Below are positions 1-8,811 of a stretch of 36,648 nt of DNA, piece after piece (the first letter of the stretch is position 1; each line of letters begins with the position of its first letter). The notes under the pieces were generated by a model. The model searched no databases. It saw only the letters and a list, made by a program, of their open reading frames with translations, and was not told the origin of the DNA. Source of the stretch: Candidatus Falkowbacteria bacterium (GTDB taxonomy: Bacteria; Patescibacteriota; Patescibacteriia; CAIXNZ01); assembly GCA_903920975.1 (NCBI GenBank), contig CAIXNZ010000059.1:1-36648 (forward strand), written 5' to 3'. The position numbers were made by a program, and so were the translations under genes.

Positions 1-929
1 CTGTTTCTGAAGCATATAACCGAGGAGAAACAGATGAGTTTATTATTCCTACTATTGTAAGAAACCCGATAAAAAAACCAAAATTTATTAATAATAATGA
101 TGCGATTATTTTTTTCAACTTGCGTTCTGACCGCGCGAGGCAGATTACCAAACCGTTTGTTCAGAAAAATTTTGAAGATGAAAATCCTGGCTCGTTCAAA
201 AGGCACAAAGTTTTAAAAAATTTAAAATTTGTGGCTTTAACGAATTTTGGTCCTGATCTAGACGATATAGCTACTGTATATAAGGGTAAGGAATTAACAA
301 ATACTTTGCCATCTGCCTTAAAAGATATCCGCCAATATTATTTAGCAGAAAGAGAAAAATATGCTCATGTGACTTATTTTTTCAATGGCGGTCATGGCCG
401 ACCAGTTAATGGCGAAATTTGGAGGGTGGTTAAATCAGCAGGAGTGCAAAATTATGAAAGTTTTCCGCAAATGTCCATTTTTGAATTAACAGATATAGTC
501 TGCGAGCATTTACGCTTTAAAGATTTTGATTTTATTACTGTTAATTTTTCTAATGCCGATATGATAGGTCATACTGGAAATATTAATGCGGCAATTAAAG
601 CCATCCAATATATTGACCAAAGTTTAGGCAAGATTCACAAAGCTTTGATAAAAAGAAACGGACTTTTAATGATTACGGCTGATCATGGTAATGTTGAGGA
701 AATGGTAAACATAAAAACTCATGAGCAAGATACTGAACATAGTTCAAACCCTGTGCCGCTAATTATCGTACGCAAGGGTTTGAATAAAAAGAAAATGAAG
801 TTAAGAGGGGGAATCTTAGGAGACATCGCGCCCACAATTTTAGATTTAATAGACATTAACAAGCCAAAGGAAATGACGGGACGATCTCTGATCGTAAAAT
901 CCAAACTCCAAGCACCAAAATCCAAGTAG
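1..929 (+). CDS. gpmI: 2,3-bisphosphoglycerate-independent phosphoglycerate mutase, paralog 1, C-terminal part (5' end lies outside the window; codon phase starts at nt 3)
   Basis: The frame is open from nt 3 (VSEAYNRGETDEFIIPT..FFNLRSDRARQI). It contains EREKYAHVTYFFNGG, GHTGN and ITADHGN motifs. The 'M' at 120 in the ORF track is an internal TTG codon. Confidence 0.85.
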   Translation, partial: VSEAYNRGETDEFIIPTIVRNPIKKPKFINNNDAIIFFNLRSDRARQITKPFVQKNFEDENPGSFKRHKVLKNLKFVALTNFGPDLDDIATVYKGKELTNTLPSALKDIRQYYLAEREKYAHVTYFFNGGHGRPVNGEIWRVVKSAGVQNYESFPQMSIFELTDIVCEHLRFKDFDFITVNFSNADMIGHTGNINAAIKAIQYIDQSLGKIHKALIKRNGLLMITADHGNVEEMVNIKTHEQDTEHSSNPVPLIIVRKGLNKKKMKLRGGILGDIAPTILDLIDINKPKEMTGRSLIVKSKLQAPKSK

Positions 930-966
930 TTTGGAATTTGGTATTTGGAATTTATAATTTATATTT

Positions 967-2559
967 ATGGTTAAACTAAAAAATAAACCCGTTGTACTCC
1001 TAATCTTGGATGGTTTTGGAATTGCGCCACCGGCTCCTGGTAATGCTATTACCTTAGCAAAAAAACCAAATATTGATAAATATATTGCTTCTTATCCTGC
1101 CATGTCGCTGGTGGCTAGCGGTGATTCAGTCGGTTTATCTTGGGGAGAGATGGGAACCTCAGAAATCGGCCACCAAAATATTGGTTCAGGCACGATAGTT
1201 TACCAATGGTTGCCAAGAATCAATAAAGCCATTGCTGATGGCAGTTTTTTTGAAAATGAGGCTTTTTTAAAAGCCATTGAACATAGTAAAAAAAATAAAT
1301 CAAAACTTCATTTATTTGGCTTAGTGTCGTCGGGCGGCGTTCATTCACACATGGACCATCTTTTTACTTTGCTGGAATTAGCTAAGAAACAAAAAGTAAA
1401 AGAAGTTTTTATTCACGTCGTGCTTGATGGACGCGATACCATTTATAATACTGGCAAGGGTTTTATTCAGGAATTATTGGATAAAATAAAAAAAATAAAA
1501 ATTGATGCCAAAATTTGCGATATCTCGGGCCGTTTCTATGCCATGGATCGCGATAATCATTGGGAAAGAACAGAAAAAGCTTTTAATGCGATGACAAAAG
1601 GGGAAAGTGATGAGAAGTTTGAGAATCCCATTTCAGCTATTGAAAGTTCCTATAAAAAGCAAATTTATGATGAAGAATTTATTCCGGTAGTTTTAACTAA
1701 AAAGGGAAAGCCCGTCGGCTTGATTGAAGATAAAGATGCAGTGATCTTTTTTAATTTTCGCGCTGATCGCGCCAGACAAATTTCCGAAGCTTTCATTTTG
1801 CCGGGCTTTGAAAGATTTCCGCGAGTTTTTGATTTTTCTAAATTATTTTTTGCAGGTATGACGCAATATGATAAAGATTTGCCGCTGGACGCTTTTGCTT
1901 TTAAACCAATTGAAATAAAAAAACCTTTGGCAAAAATATTAAGCGATGCAGACTTGAAACAATTACATATTTCAGAAACAGAAAAATACGCCCATGTCAC
2001 TTATTTTTTTAACGCCGGAATAGAAGAGCCGTTTCCAGGCGAAGATAGAATTGTAATACCTTCGCCTCGCGTTTCATCTTTTGACCAAAAACCAGAAATG
2101 TCCGCCTACAAGGTTACAGATGAAATTTTAAAGGCAGTGTCAGAAAATAAATATGATTTTATTCTTGCAAATTTTGCCAATCCAGACATTGTCGCTCACA
2201 CTGGTAACTTAAAAGCGACAATCGAAGCCGTTGAAGTCACTGATAAGTGTGTCGGTAAAATAGTGAACATGGTTTTAAGCAAAAATGGCGTTGTTTTTAT
2301 AACTGCTGATCATGGCAATGCCGAAGAACTGCAAAATATTAAAACAGGAGAGATTGATAAGGAACATAGCACAAACCCCGTGCCTTTTATTATTATCGGT
2401 CATAATTGGGAGGGGAAAAATCTGGGCTTACCCGACAGTGTTGGTGGAGATTTAAGCTTGGTTACTCCGTCCGGAGTTTTAGCTGACATTGCGCCGACAA
2501 TTTTAAAGGTTATGGGCATGAAACCGTCTAATGATATGACGGGAACAGCTTTGATTTAA
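967..2559 (+). CDS. gpmI: 2,3-bisphosphoglycerate-independent phosphoglycerate mutase, paralog 2 (full length, 530 aa)
   Basis: Motifs LILDGFG, GTSEIGHQNIG, FFNFRADRARQI, ETEKYAHVTYFFN, AHTGN and ITADHGN. There is no SD. A TATAAT box sits 8 nt upstream of the ATG. Confidence 0.93.
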   Translation: MVKLKNKPVVLLILDGFGIAPPAPGNAITLAKKPNIDKYIASYPAMSLVASGDSVGLSWGEMGTSEIGHQNIGSGTIVYQWLPRINKAIADGSFFENEAFLKAIEHSKKNKSKLHLFGLVSSGGVHSHMDHLFTLLELAKKQKVKEVFIHVVLDGRDTIYNTGKGFIQELLDKIKKIKIDAKICDISGRFYAMDRDNHWERTEKAFNAMTKGESDEKFENPISAIESSYKKQIYDEEFIPVVLTKKGKPVGLIEDKDAVIFFNFRADRARQISEAFILPGFERFPRVFDFSKLFFAGMTQYDKDLPLDAFAFKPIEIKKPLAKILSDADLKQLHISETEKYAHVTYFFNAGIEEPFPGEDRIVIPSPRVSSFDQKPEMSAYKVTDEILKAVSENKYDFILANFANPDIVAHTGNLKATIEAVEVTDKCVGKIVNMVLSKNGVVFITADHGNAEELQNIKTGEIDKEHSTNPVPFIIIGHNWEGKNLGLPDSVGGDLSLVTPSGVLADIAPTILKVMGMKPSNDMTGTALI

Positions 2560-2564
2560 TATTT

Positions 2565-3428
2565 ATGCCAGAATTACCAGAAGTTGAGACAATTAAACGC
2601 GGTTTGCAAAAAAATATCGTTGGTAAAACTATTTCTGATTTTGATTGCAATTGGAATAAAATGCTGAATAAACCCCTTGCCAATTATAGAAAAATATTAA
2701 AAGGTTTGAAAATTAAAAAGGTCAGAAGGCGCGCAAAAATGATAGAACTAAATTTATCTAAGGGTTGGAACGTCCTGATACACTTAAAAATGACTGGCCA
2801 ACTTGTCTTTGGCTCAAAAACTCGTTGTGTGGTTGGCGGGCATCCTATCAAAGAAGGTTATGAATGTTTACCCAATAAATTTACTCACGCGAATTTTACT
2901 TTTACAGACAATAGTCATTTATATTTTAATGATGTGCGCAAATTTGGCTGGGTCAGACTTTATAATGATTTACAGCTGGCCAAAGCCATGACTGATTTTA
3001 AATTGGGTCCTGAGCCTCTTAGCAAAGATTTTTCCTTGAATTATTTAATAACTAGAATAAAAAAGAGACCGAATGTAAAAATTAAGCAGTTTTTGATGGA
3101 TTCTCAAAATGTTACTGGCATTGGTAATATTTACAGCGACGAAGTTGATTTTTTCGCTCATGTCAGGCCCATGCGAGCAGTAAAAACTTTATCAGAAAAA
3201 GAAATTAGTTTAATTTACAAAGGTATTGAAAAGATTTTAACCGCTTCTGTAAAAGCCCAGGGCACAACTTTTAGTAATTACCGTAATGCCAACGGAGAAG
3301 TCGGAGCTTACTCAAAACAATTAAAAGTTTATGGTAAATGGGGAGAAAAATGTTCTTGTGGCGGAAAAATTGTTAGAGTAAAGATTGGAGGACGAAGCTC
3401 TTCATATTGTCCCAAGTGTCAAAAATAA
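2565..3428 (+). CDS. mutM: formamidopyrimidine-DNA glycosylase
   Basis: N-terminal MPELPEVE, an H2TH region, and a C-terminal zinc finger CSCGG..YCPKCQ. Confidence 0.92.
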   Translation: MPELPEVETIKRGLQKNIVGKTISDFDCNWNKMLNKPLANYRKILKGLKIKKVRRRAKMIELNLSKGWNVLIHLKMTGQLVFGSKTRCVVGGHPIKEGYECLPNKFTHANFTFTDNSHLYFNDVRKFGWVRLYNDLQLAKAMTDFKLGPEPLSKDFSLNYLITRIKKRPNVKIKQFLMDSQNVTGIGNIYSDEVDFFAHVRPMRAVKTLSEKEISLIYKGIEKILTASVKAQGTTFSNYRNANGEVGAYSKQLKVYGKWGEKCSCGGKIVRVKIGGRSSSYCPKCQK

Positions 3429-3444
3429 TAATTAAAATAAATTT

Positions 3445-4065
3445 ATGAAAAAAATTATTTTCGTACTGTGTCTGGCTCTGCTTCTGACTGGCTGCGGAAG
3501 CAAAGGTGTCCAGCCCATTGCTCAAGGTGTGCCCGTGTCAGGCTCTATTGAGGACTTAATAAAATTGGGAAAAAATTACAGATGCGAGCTTCAGTTTAAA
3601 GATGGCGATCAGATTTCGTCCAGCACCACCTATTTATCAGGCAGTTCATTAAGATCTGATTATCAGATGAAATCTGGCGAACAGACCCTTAATGGCCATG
3701 CTATCATGACAGGCACAACCATGTACTCCTGGGTGGATGAAATGCCCAATCAGGCAATTAAGTTCAATCGGGCCGATTTAAAGCAGTTTCAGGGTCAGGC
3801 CGAAAAGACTTCGCCGAGTGCAAGCAGTTATGAGAATAAATATGATTACAAGTGTTATTCCTGGACCCCGGATCAGTCCAAGTTTACTGCGCCAGCTGGT
3901 ATAAATTTTACTGATTATTCAGACATGCTTAATCAGCTTCAGGGTCAGCTCAAAGGTCTGAATGTTAATGCGCCAACTGGTAATGCTAATATGTGCGCAA
4001 GTTGCGATTCAATTTCAAACGCCAGTAGCAAGGCAATGTGCAAGCAACAGCTGGGTTGTAAATAG
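3445..4065 (+). CDS. predicted lipoprotein, function unknown
   Basis: MKKIIFVLCLALLLTGCGS gives a signal peptide plus an L-T-G-C lipobox. Six further Cys follow, four clustered at the C-terminus (CASC..C..C). G+C is visibly above the neighbours. A terminator follows. Confidence 0.75.
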   Translation: MKKIIFVLCLALLLTGCGSKGVQPIAQGVPVSGSIEDLIKLGKNYRCELQFKDGDQISSSTTYLSGSSLRSDYQMKSGEQTLNGHAIMTGTTMYSWVDEMPNQAIKFNRADLKQFQGQAEKTSPSASSYENKYDYKCYSWTPDQSKFTAPAGINFTDYSDMLNQLQGQLKGLNVNAPTGNANMCASCDSISNASSKAMCKQQLGCK

Positions 4066-4085
4066 AACCAATAGCAATAAAATTT

Positions 4086-4120
4086 AAAAAAGACCGCCAT
4101 GAGTTTGGCGGTCTTTTTCT
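4086..4120 (+). terminator. intrinsic terminator after the lipoprotein gene
   Basis: AAAGACCGCC-8 nt loop-GGCGGTCTTT followed by a T-run. Confidence 0.8.
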
Positions 4121-4170
4121 TTGCATGTATTCATGCTATTATATTTACATTAAAGCTAAGATAATTATAT

Positions 4171-5217
4171 ATGAAAAAAATATTAATTTTATTAATTTTA
4201 ATCATTTTATTTGCCATCGCCGGCTGGGTTTTTAGTATTGTTTTTATAGCTCAAAGTGGCACGGGCGAAACAAAGCTTTTTACTATCCAAGAAGGTGAAG
4301 GCGTTCATCAGATAAGCCAAAATTTAAGAAAAGAAGGGCTAATAGATAATTCCTTTATCTTTGAAACATATATTTGGCTGATTAAAGGTCAAAATAAAAT
4401 TCTAGCTGGGGATCATTTAATATATGATAAATGGAGTATTAAAAATTTAGTCAGAGTGTTAATTGTTGGTACAGCACTAGAAAAAGAAACAACTATAAAA
4501 ATTATTGAAGGCTGGAATTTAAAAGACATTGCCAACTATTTGGAAAAACAGGGGATATGCAGGGCCGAAGAATTTTATAATGTGGCAGGCAGACCAACAA
4601 TAAATTATGATTTAAATAAAAATTATACAAGACCTCAGGATTTTTCCAATGGGCATCCGATTTTAGCCGATAAACCGAAGAATTATAGCTTTGAAGGATT
4701 TTTATTCCCAGATACTTACAGAATATATAAGGATGCAAAGCCTGAAGCGATTGTTGAAAAAATGATTAATAATTTTGAGAGAAAGGTGAATAAAGAGATT
4801 CTGGATGCCATTAGCGCTTCTGGTAGAAATATTTATGATGTTATAACGCTAGCATCTATTGTTGAAAAAGAAGCCAAAACATATGAAGATAAGCAAAGAG
4901 TGGCCGGTGTTTATTATAATCGTTTGAAAATTGGCATGGCTTTGCAAGCTGACCCGACCATAAATTATGCTACAGGAGAAATAACCGACAGACCAACTTA
5001 CGATCAAATTCAAGTAACAAGTCTATACAATACATATAAGCATGCTGGCTTACCGCCTGGGCCTATTTGTAATCCAGGTCTAGATTCAATCCGCGCTGTT
5101 GTTAATCCGGAAAAAAATAATTATTATTATTTTTTGAACACGCCTGATGGCAAATTAATTTTTTCCAAGACATTGGAGGAACATAAACGCAATCGTCTTA
5201 AATATTTTAATGACTAA
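4171..5217 (+). CDS. mltG: endolytic murein transglycosylase (YceG family)
   Basis: N-terminal TM helix, and a YceG-like body with the characteristic ..GLPPGPICNPG.. segment near the C-terminus. Confidence 0.88.
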   Translation: MKKILILLILIILFAIAGWVFSIVFIAQSGTGETKLFTIQEGEGVHQISQNLRKEGLIDNSFIFETYIWLIKGQNKILAGDHLIYDKWSIKNLVRVLIVGTALEKETTIKIIEGWNLKDIANYLEKQGICRAEEFYNVAGRPTINYDLNKNYTRPQDFSNGHPILADKPKNYSFEGFLFPDTYRIYKDAKPEAIVEKMINNFERKVNKEILDAISASGRNIYDVITLASIVEKEAKTYEDKQRVAGVYYNRLKIGMALQADPTINYATGEITDRPTYDQIQVTSLYNTYKHAGLPPGPICNPGLDSIRAVVNPEKNNYYYFLNTPDGKLIFSKTLEEHKRNRLKYFND

Positions 5218-5222
5218 AATTT

Positions 5223-5801
5223 ATGCTGGATAAAAAGTTTTTTCCTAAAATAAAAAAAGAATATGATTCTTATGACATTGGGCGCAGAATTATTATCAGG
5301 CACTCCAATGATATTTTAAAATTTGCCAAACAGGCGATTTTTGCCTTGCACCGGGAAAATCTGAAAGAAGCAGACGAAACTTTAAAAGAAGCCGAAAAAC
5401 TTTTTAAGTATTTACAGACAAAGATTGACGAGGAAGATGGTTTGAAATATGAAGGTGCTTATTTAGCGGCGGTTGAAGAATTTATTGAAGCCAAGCTTTT
5501 TGAGCAATACATTAAGACTGGTAAAGTTGGCGAAATAAAGGGTTATAAATTTGAAGCTGAAAGTTATTTAGGCGGTATTTGCGATTTTACCGGTGAAGTA
5601 GTCAGAAGGGGAGTATTTCTAGCAACAAAAAGAAGATATAAGGAAGTGGAAAAATGCTGGGCCATTATTGATGCGGTTATTCATGAACTCATTCAATTCA
5701 ATTTAATTGGCAGTATCAGGCCAAAGTATGACCAGGCCAAAAATAATTTGAGAAAAATTGAAGAGATAATGTATGATTTGGAAATTAAGAAAAGAAATTA
5801 A
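5223..5801 (+). CDS. translin-family protein (putative)
   Basis: All-helical protein of ~190 aa. The segment SYLGGICDFTGEVVRRG resembles the conserved translin/TRAX Y-x-G-x-x-D-x-x-GE-x-x-R segment. This is recalled from memory, not searched. Confidence 0.5.
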   Translation: MLDKKFFPKIKKEYDSYDIGRRIIIRHSNDILKFAKQAIFALHRENLKEADETLKEAEKLFKYLQTKIDEEDGLKYEGAYLAAVEEFIEAKLFEQYIKTGKVGEIKGYKFEAESYLGGICDFTGEVVRRGVFLATKRRYKEVEKCWAIIDAVIHELIQFNLIGSIRPKYDQAKNNLRKIEEIMYDLEIKKRN

Positions 5802-5820
5802 AAAAATATTTGATAAAGAA

Positions 5821-5849
5821 AAAGGGCTCGACATTGCGTCAAGCCCTTT
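5821..5849. terminator. bidirectional intrinsic terminator between convergent genes
   Basis: AAAGGGCTCGAC-loop-GTCAAGCCCTTT (12 bp, 1 mismatch), with an A-rich left flank and a T-rich right flank. Confidence 0.75.
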
Positions 5850-5854
5850 ATAAT

Positions 5855-7033
5855 TTATTTGATGGTTATTCGCCCTCCGACAAAACTGGGTGCCATGTTT
5901 TCTGCCAAAGAAGCATGTAGCAGCTGCAGTGTCGTGTAGGTAAAAGCGATTTTCATGCTCATGTCATTTTTGATCTTTTTTGTATAATTCTCCATATGCA
6001 ACTTTTCGTAGTGTTTTTCCAGTTCGTGTATGACTTTGATTAGGCCAGCGAGCTTTCCGTGATCTCTGCAATAAATTTTAACCTTGTCCAAAAAGCTTTT
6101 GAGCTTATTCTTATAATCCATGGGTCCGTAAGTGTCTATGGACATCAAATCTTTCATTGTCTGCTGCAAGCCAGTAATGCCGATAAAATATCTATTTTTG
6201 GCCATGATGAGTTGTCCAGTTTCCGTGTCAATAGTCGGTTCTGACACTTCCAAGGGCTCTTCAATTAACTCGACCAAGTCAACAATCTCTTCTTCAACAG
6301 GCAAAAGCTCCGCGGCTTTTTCAACGAAGGGTTTTGGTATAATCAGGGAAAGACGTTCTTCGTATTGGTCAGCCAGTTTTAGAAGATAGGCGGGAAAGGT
6401 AGAAGGAAGAACTCTGGTAATCAACGCTTTAAGCTGATTAACATCAATCTTCAATTTCTCCTTTTCCAATTGTCCGATTACCATTATGAGCTCTTCATTG
6501 AATGGTTTGGCCAAACGGTCATCTTGGGCAGGTCTTTTGGACCGTTCAAAACAAGTGTTAAGAATTGAGCGGATTTTTTCTTGTATGATAATCTTGGCAC
6601 GCTGTTCTGCGCTGTCTGCCGTTTTATACCGTTTTTCCAGCTCGTCATTTATCCTCATTTTGTTGAATGTAGAAAAATCTTCATCTCCGATGACAAGTTT
6701 TTTCCAAACATAGCTATATGGAACATTTTTTTTGAAGAATTTTTCAACAGTTTCTTCATCAAGGTAAATTCGCCTTTTATAGCATTCCATTTTTAGTTCG
6801 CTCCAGGCAACCCAGAATATTGCTCGTGGTGCACCGTAGGGATCTGGTTGTTTCTTGTCATCAGGAATCGTGCCGTCAAGATTAAGCATGGAAATGTCAA
6901 CCTCAATTTCCGGCTGCTCTGCTTTTTTTTGATGATCTTCTAAACTCTTGCAAAGCTGAACATAGTCATCCATAAGTGAGCTAAAGATTTTGAAAAACAA
7001 AGATTCAAAAGTAAGATTTTCATTTTCAGTCAT
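5855..7033 (-). CDS. hypothetical protein, 392 aa, no family recognised
   Basis: Long ORF with SD GTAGGAGGTAAAA-ATG, its own consensus promoter and a terminator. It is predicted soluble, helical and acidic. Confidence 0.8.
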   Translation of the reverse strand: MTENENLTFESLFFKIFSSLMDDYVQLCKSLEDHQKKAEQPEIEVDISMLNLDGTIPDDKKQPDPYGAPRAIFWVAWSELKMECYKRRIYLDEETVEKFFKKNVPYSYVWKKLVIGDEDFSTFNKMRINDELEKRYKTADSAEQRAKIIIQEKIRSILNTCFERSKRPAQDDRLAKPFNEELIMVIGQLEKEKLKIDVNQLKALITRVLPSTFPAYLLKLADQYEERLSLIIPKPFVEKAAELLPVEEEIVDLVELIEEPLEVSEPTIDTETGQLIMAKNRYFIGITGLQQTMKDLMSIDTYGPMDYKNKLKSFLDKVKIYCRDHGKLAGLIKVIHELEKHYEKLHMENYTKKIKNDMSMKIAFTYTTLQLLHASLAENMAPSFVGGRITIK

Positions 7034-7110
7034 TTTTACCTCCTACGTTATCTGTTAAGGGATTTTTTTACCATTTTTTATTTTTAAGGAACTTTTTTTC
7101 CTAATATGCT

Positions 7111-7139
7111 AATTTATCACATTTTTTTTGTTTTGTCAA
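7111..7139 (-). promoter_or_regulatory. sigma70-type promoter for the 392-aa ORF
   Basis: On the minus strand: TTGACA (7139-7134), a 17-nt spacer, then TAAATT (7116-7111). A second TTGACA lies 10 nt upstream (7149-7144). This leaves a ~75-nt 5' UTR. Confidence 0.65.
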
Positions 7140-7142
7140 TGC

Positions 7143-7171
7143 TTGTCAAAGAGTAAATAAACAAGTAAAAT
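7143..7171 (+). promoter_or_regulatory. divergent promoter for the 7198 gene
   Basis: TTGTCA (7143-7148), a 17-nt spacer, then TAAAAT (7166-7171). The -35 overlaps the minus-strand upstream TTGACA. Confidence 0.55.
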
Positions 7172-7197
7172 TAAGATAAGATAAATAATTATTTTTT

Positions 7198-7565
7198 ATG
7201 TTTAGCGATTTTTTTGCATTTAAAAAAAAGACAAAAGAAGAAATTCCAGATGTTTCAACTGAGGAACTAGTTATTATTGAAGGTGTACAGCCAGAAATTA
7301 GACATTTACTGCAAGAGGCTCAGCTTTTAGAGAAAAAAAGCTCAAAGAAAAGGATATACAAAGCAGAAGAGATCTTTGCGAAAGCGCTTTGCTTAAATAT
7401 CAAAAAGCCCTAGATTCTGTTGAAGCAAATTCAAAAAAATATAAGGATTTTCCACGGCAACAAGATGTTTATATCGGACAAGGTTTGCGTATAAAAAATC
7501 GTATGGATTATTTAGAAAGTATAATTGGGAGTTTTAAAAGTAAAAAACGCAGGGAAGCTGCTTAA
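7198..7565 (+). pseudogene. small helical protein gene interrupted by a -1 frame change (or a sequencing error or programmed slippage) at an A7 tract
   Basis: The frame-1 ORF runs 7198-7413. A second frame is open for 87 codons (7302-7562, stop 7563-7565) but has no usable start. The two frames overlap across the A7 run at 7333-7339, and one extra A would fuse them into a ~122-aa protein. Confidence 0.45.
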
Positions 7566-7570
7566 ACATT

Positions 7571-8128
7571 ATGGATGAAAAGATTGCGAAAATATTAGCT
7601 GGTCTTGAAGAAATCAATAAAGCCGGCGGACAGTGGAATATATCTCATGAAACTGGGCAGTTTTTGCACGATTTAATTATTGAGAAAAAACCAGAACTAA
7701 TTGTGGAAATCGGCGCTTCCAATGGCTATTCCACGATTTGGCTAGCCATGGCAGCCAGAAAAATAAATGCCAAAATAATTACTTTTGAATTCGTGCCAGA
7801 GAAAGTTCGCGATTTGGTATCTAATTTACAAAAATCCGGATTAATCAAATATGTGCAAATAATTCCCGATGATGCAAATAAGCGATTGGGAGAGTTGTCG
7901 GAAAAAGTTGACTTTGTATTTTTGGATGGCAGAAAAAATGAATATTTACAGCAATTAAAACTTTTAGAGCCAAAATTAAATTCCAATGCGATTATTGTAG
8001 CTGACAATGCGATATCTCATAAGCATGTTCTTGAAGATTATCTTTATTATGTAACCAATGAACCCAAATATCGGAGCGAACTAAAAGATATTGGGACTGG
8101 TTTGGAAATAAGTATGTTGGGATACTAA
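7571..8128 (+). CDS. class I SAM-dependent O-methyltransferase (caffeoyl-CoA OMT / YrrM-like family)
   Basis: Motif I LIVEIGASNGYSTIWLA, followed by DFVFLDGRKNEY and VADNA. Confidence 0.82.
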   Translation: MDEKIAKILAGLEEINKAGGQWNISHETGQFLHDLIIEKKPELIVEIGASNGYSTIWLAMAARKINAKIITFEFVPEKVRDLVSNLQKSGLIKYVQIIPDDANKRLGELSEKVDFVFLDGRKNEYLQQLKLLEPKLNSNAIIVADNAISHKHVLEDYLYYVTNEPKYRSELKDIGTGLEISMLGY

Positions 8129-8291
8129 TTTACGAATGTCATATAATGGCGTTAGATATATTAGAATTTTAAATTTAAAAAATGGATTTGATACCGCAGA
8201 AGCGGAAATTAAATTAATTAATACGCGCAAACTAATTAAATTTTGATTTTTATTCGTATAATTAGTACAAATTAGTATATTAGTAGCATTT

Positions 8292-8759
8292 ATGAAAATA
8301 AAAATAATTGCGATATCCAAAGACAAATTTGACTATATTACTTCAGGAGTGATTGATTTTGTCGCTCGTTTAAAAAGATATGCTGACGTGGATATTTTGA
8401 ATTTAAAAGAAGAGCCGATTAAAAGCCAAGGCGTCGATGATATTTTGGAGAAAGAAGGTGAAAAAATTTTAGCCAAACTGGACAAGGAATATTTTAACAT
8501 TGCTTTGCATAGAATGGGTAAGGAAATGACCAGCTTTGAATTTGCCAAATTAATTGAAGATGTTCGCGATTTTAAAGGAGGAAAAATTTGTTTCATTATC
8601 GGCGGTCCCTTGGGTTTGTCGCAAAAAGTTTTGGGTAATGTAAGCTTGACACTATCATTATCAAGGATGACTTTTACGCATCAAATGACCAGATTATTGC
8701 TTTTAGAACAAATATACAGAGGATTTGAAATTTTGGCTGGGACAGAATATAATAAATAA
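8292..8759 (+). CDS. rlmH: 23S rRNA (pseudouridine1915-N3)-methyltransferase, SPOUT family
   Basis: 155 aa, with ..ICFIIGGPLGLS.. and a C-terminal ..LLLLEQIYRGF.. segment typical of RlmH. Confidence 0.88.
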   Translation: MKIKIIAISKDKFDYITSGVIDFVARLKRYADVDILNLKEEPIKSQGVDDILEKEGEKILAKLDKEYFNIALHRMGKEMTSFEFAKLIEDVRDFKGGKICFIIGGPLGLSQKVLGNVSLTLSLSRMTFTHQMTRLLLLEQIYRGFEILAGTEYNK

Positions 8760-8766
8760 TTATCAG

Positions 8767-8807
8767 CCAATAGCTATTAGTAATTTGGTATTAGCTATTG
8801 GTTTTTT
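8767..8807 (+). terminator. terminator-like hairpin after rlmH, ending 4 nt before the next start codon
   Basis: CCAATAGCTA-15 nt-TAGCTATTGG (a perfect 10 bp stem) followed by TTTTTT. Confidence 0.6.
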
Positions 8808-8811
8808 AAAA

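Noticed and set aside
8257-8285. Three direct ATTAGTA repeats (8261, 8271, 8279) between a TATAAT box and the rlmH ATG, as a possible operator.
   Set aside because: A 7-mer made of A/T plus one G repeating in an A/T-rich spacer is weak evidence. There is no matching -35 and I have no partner regulator to propose.
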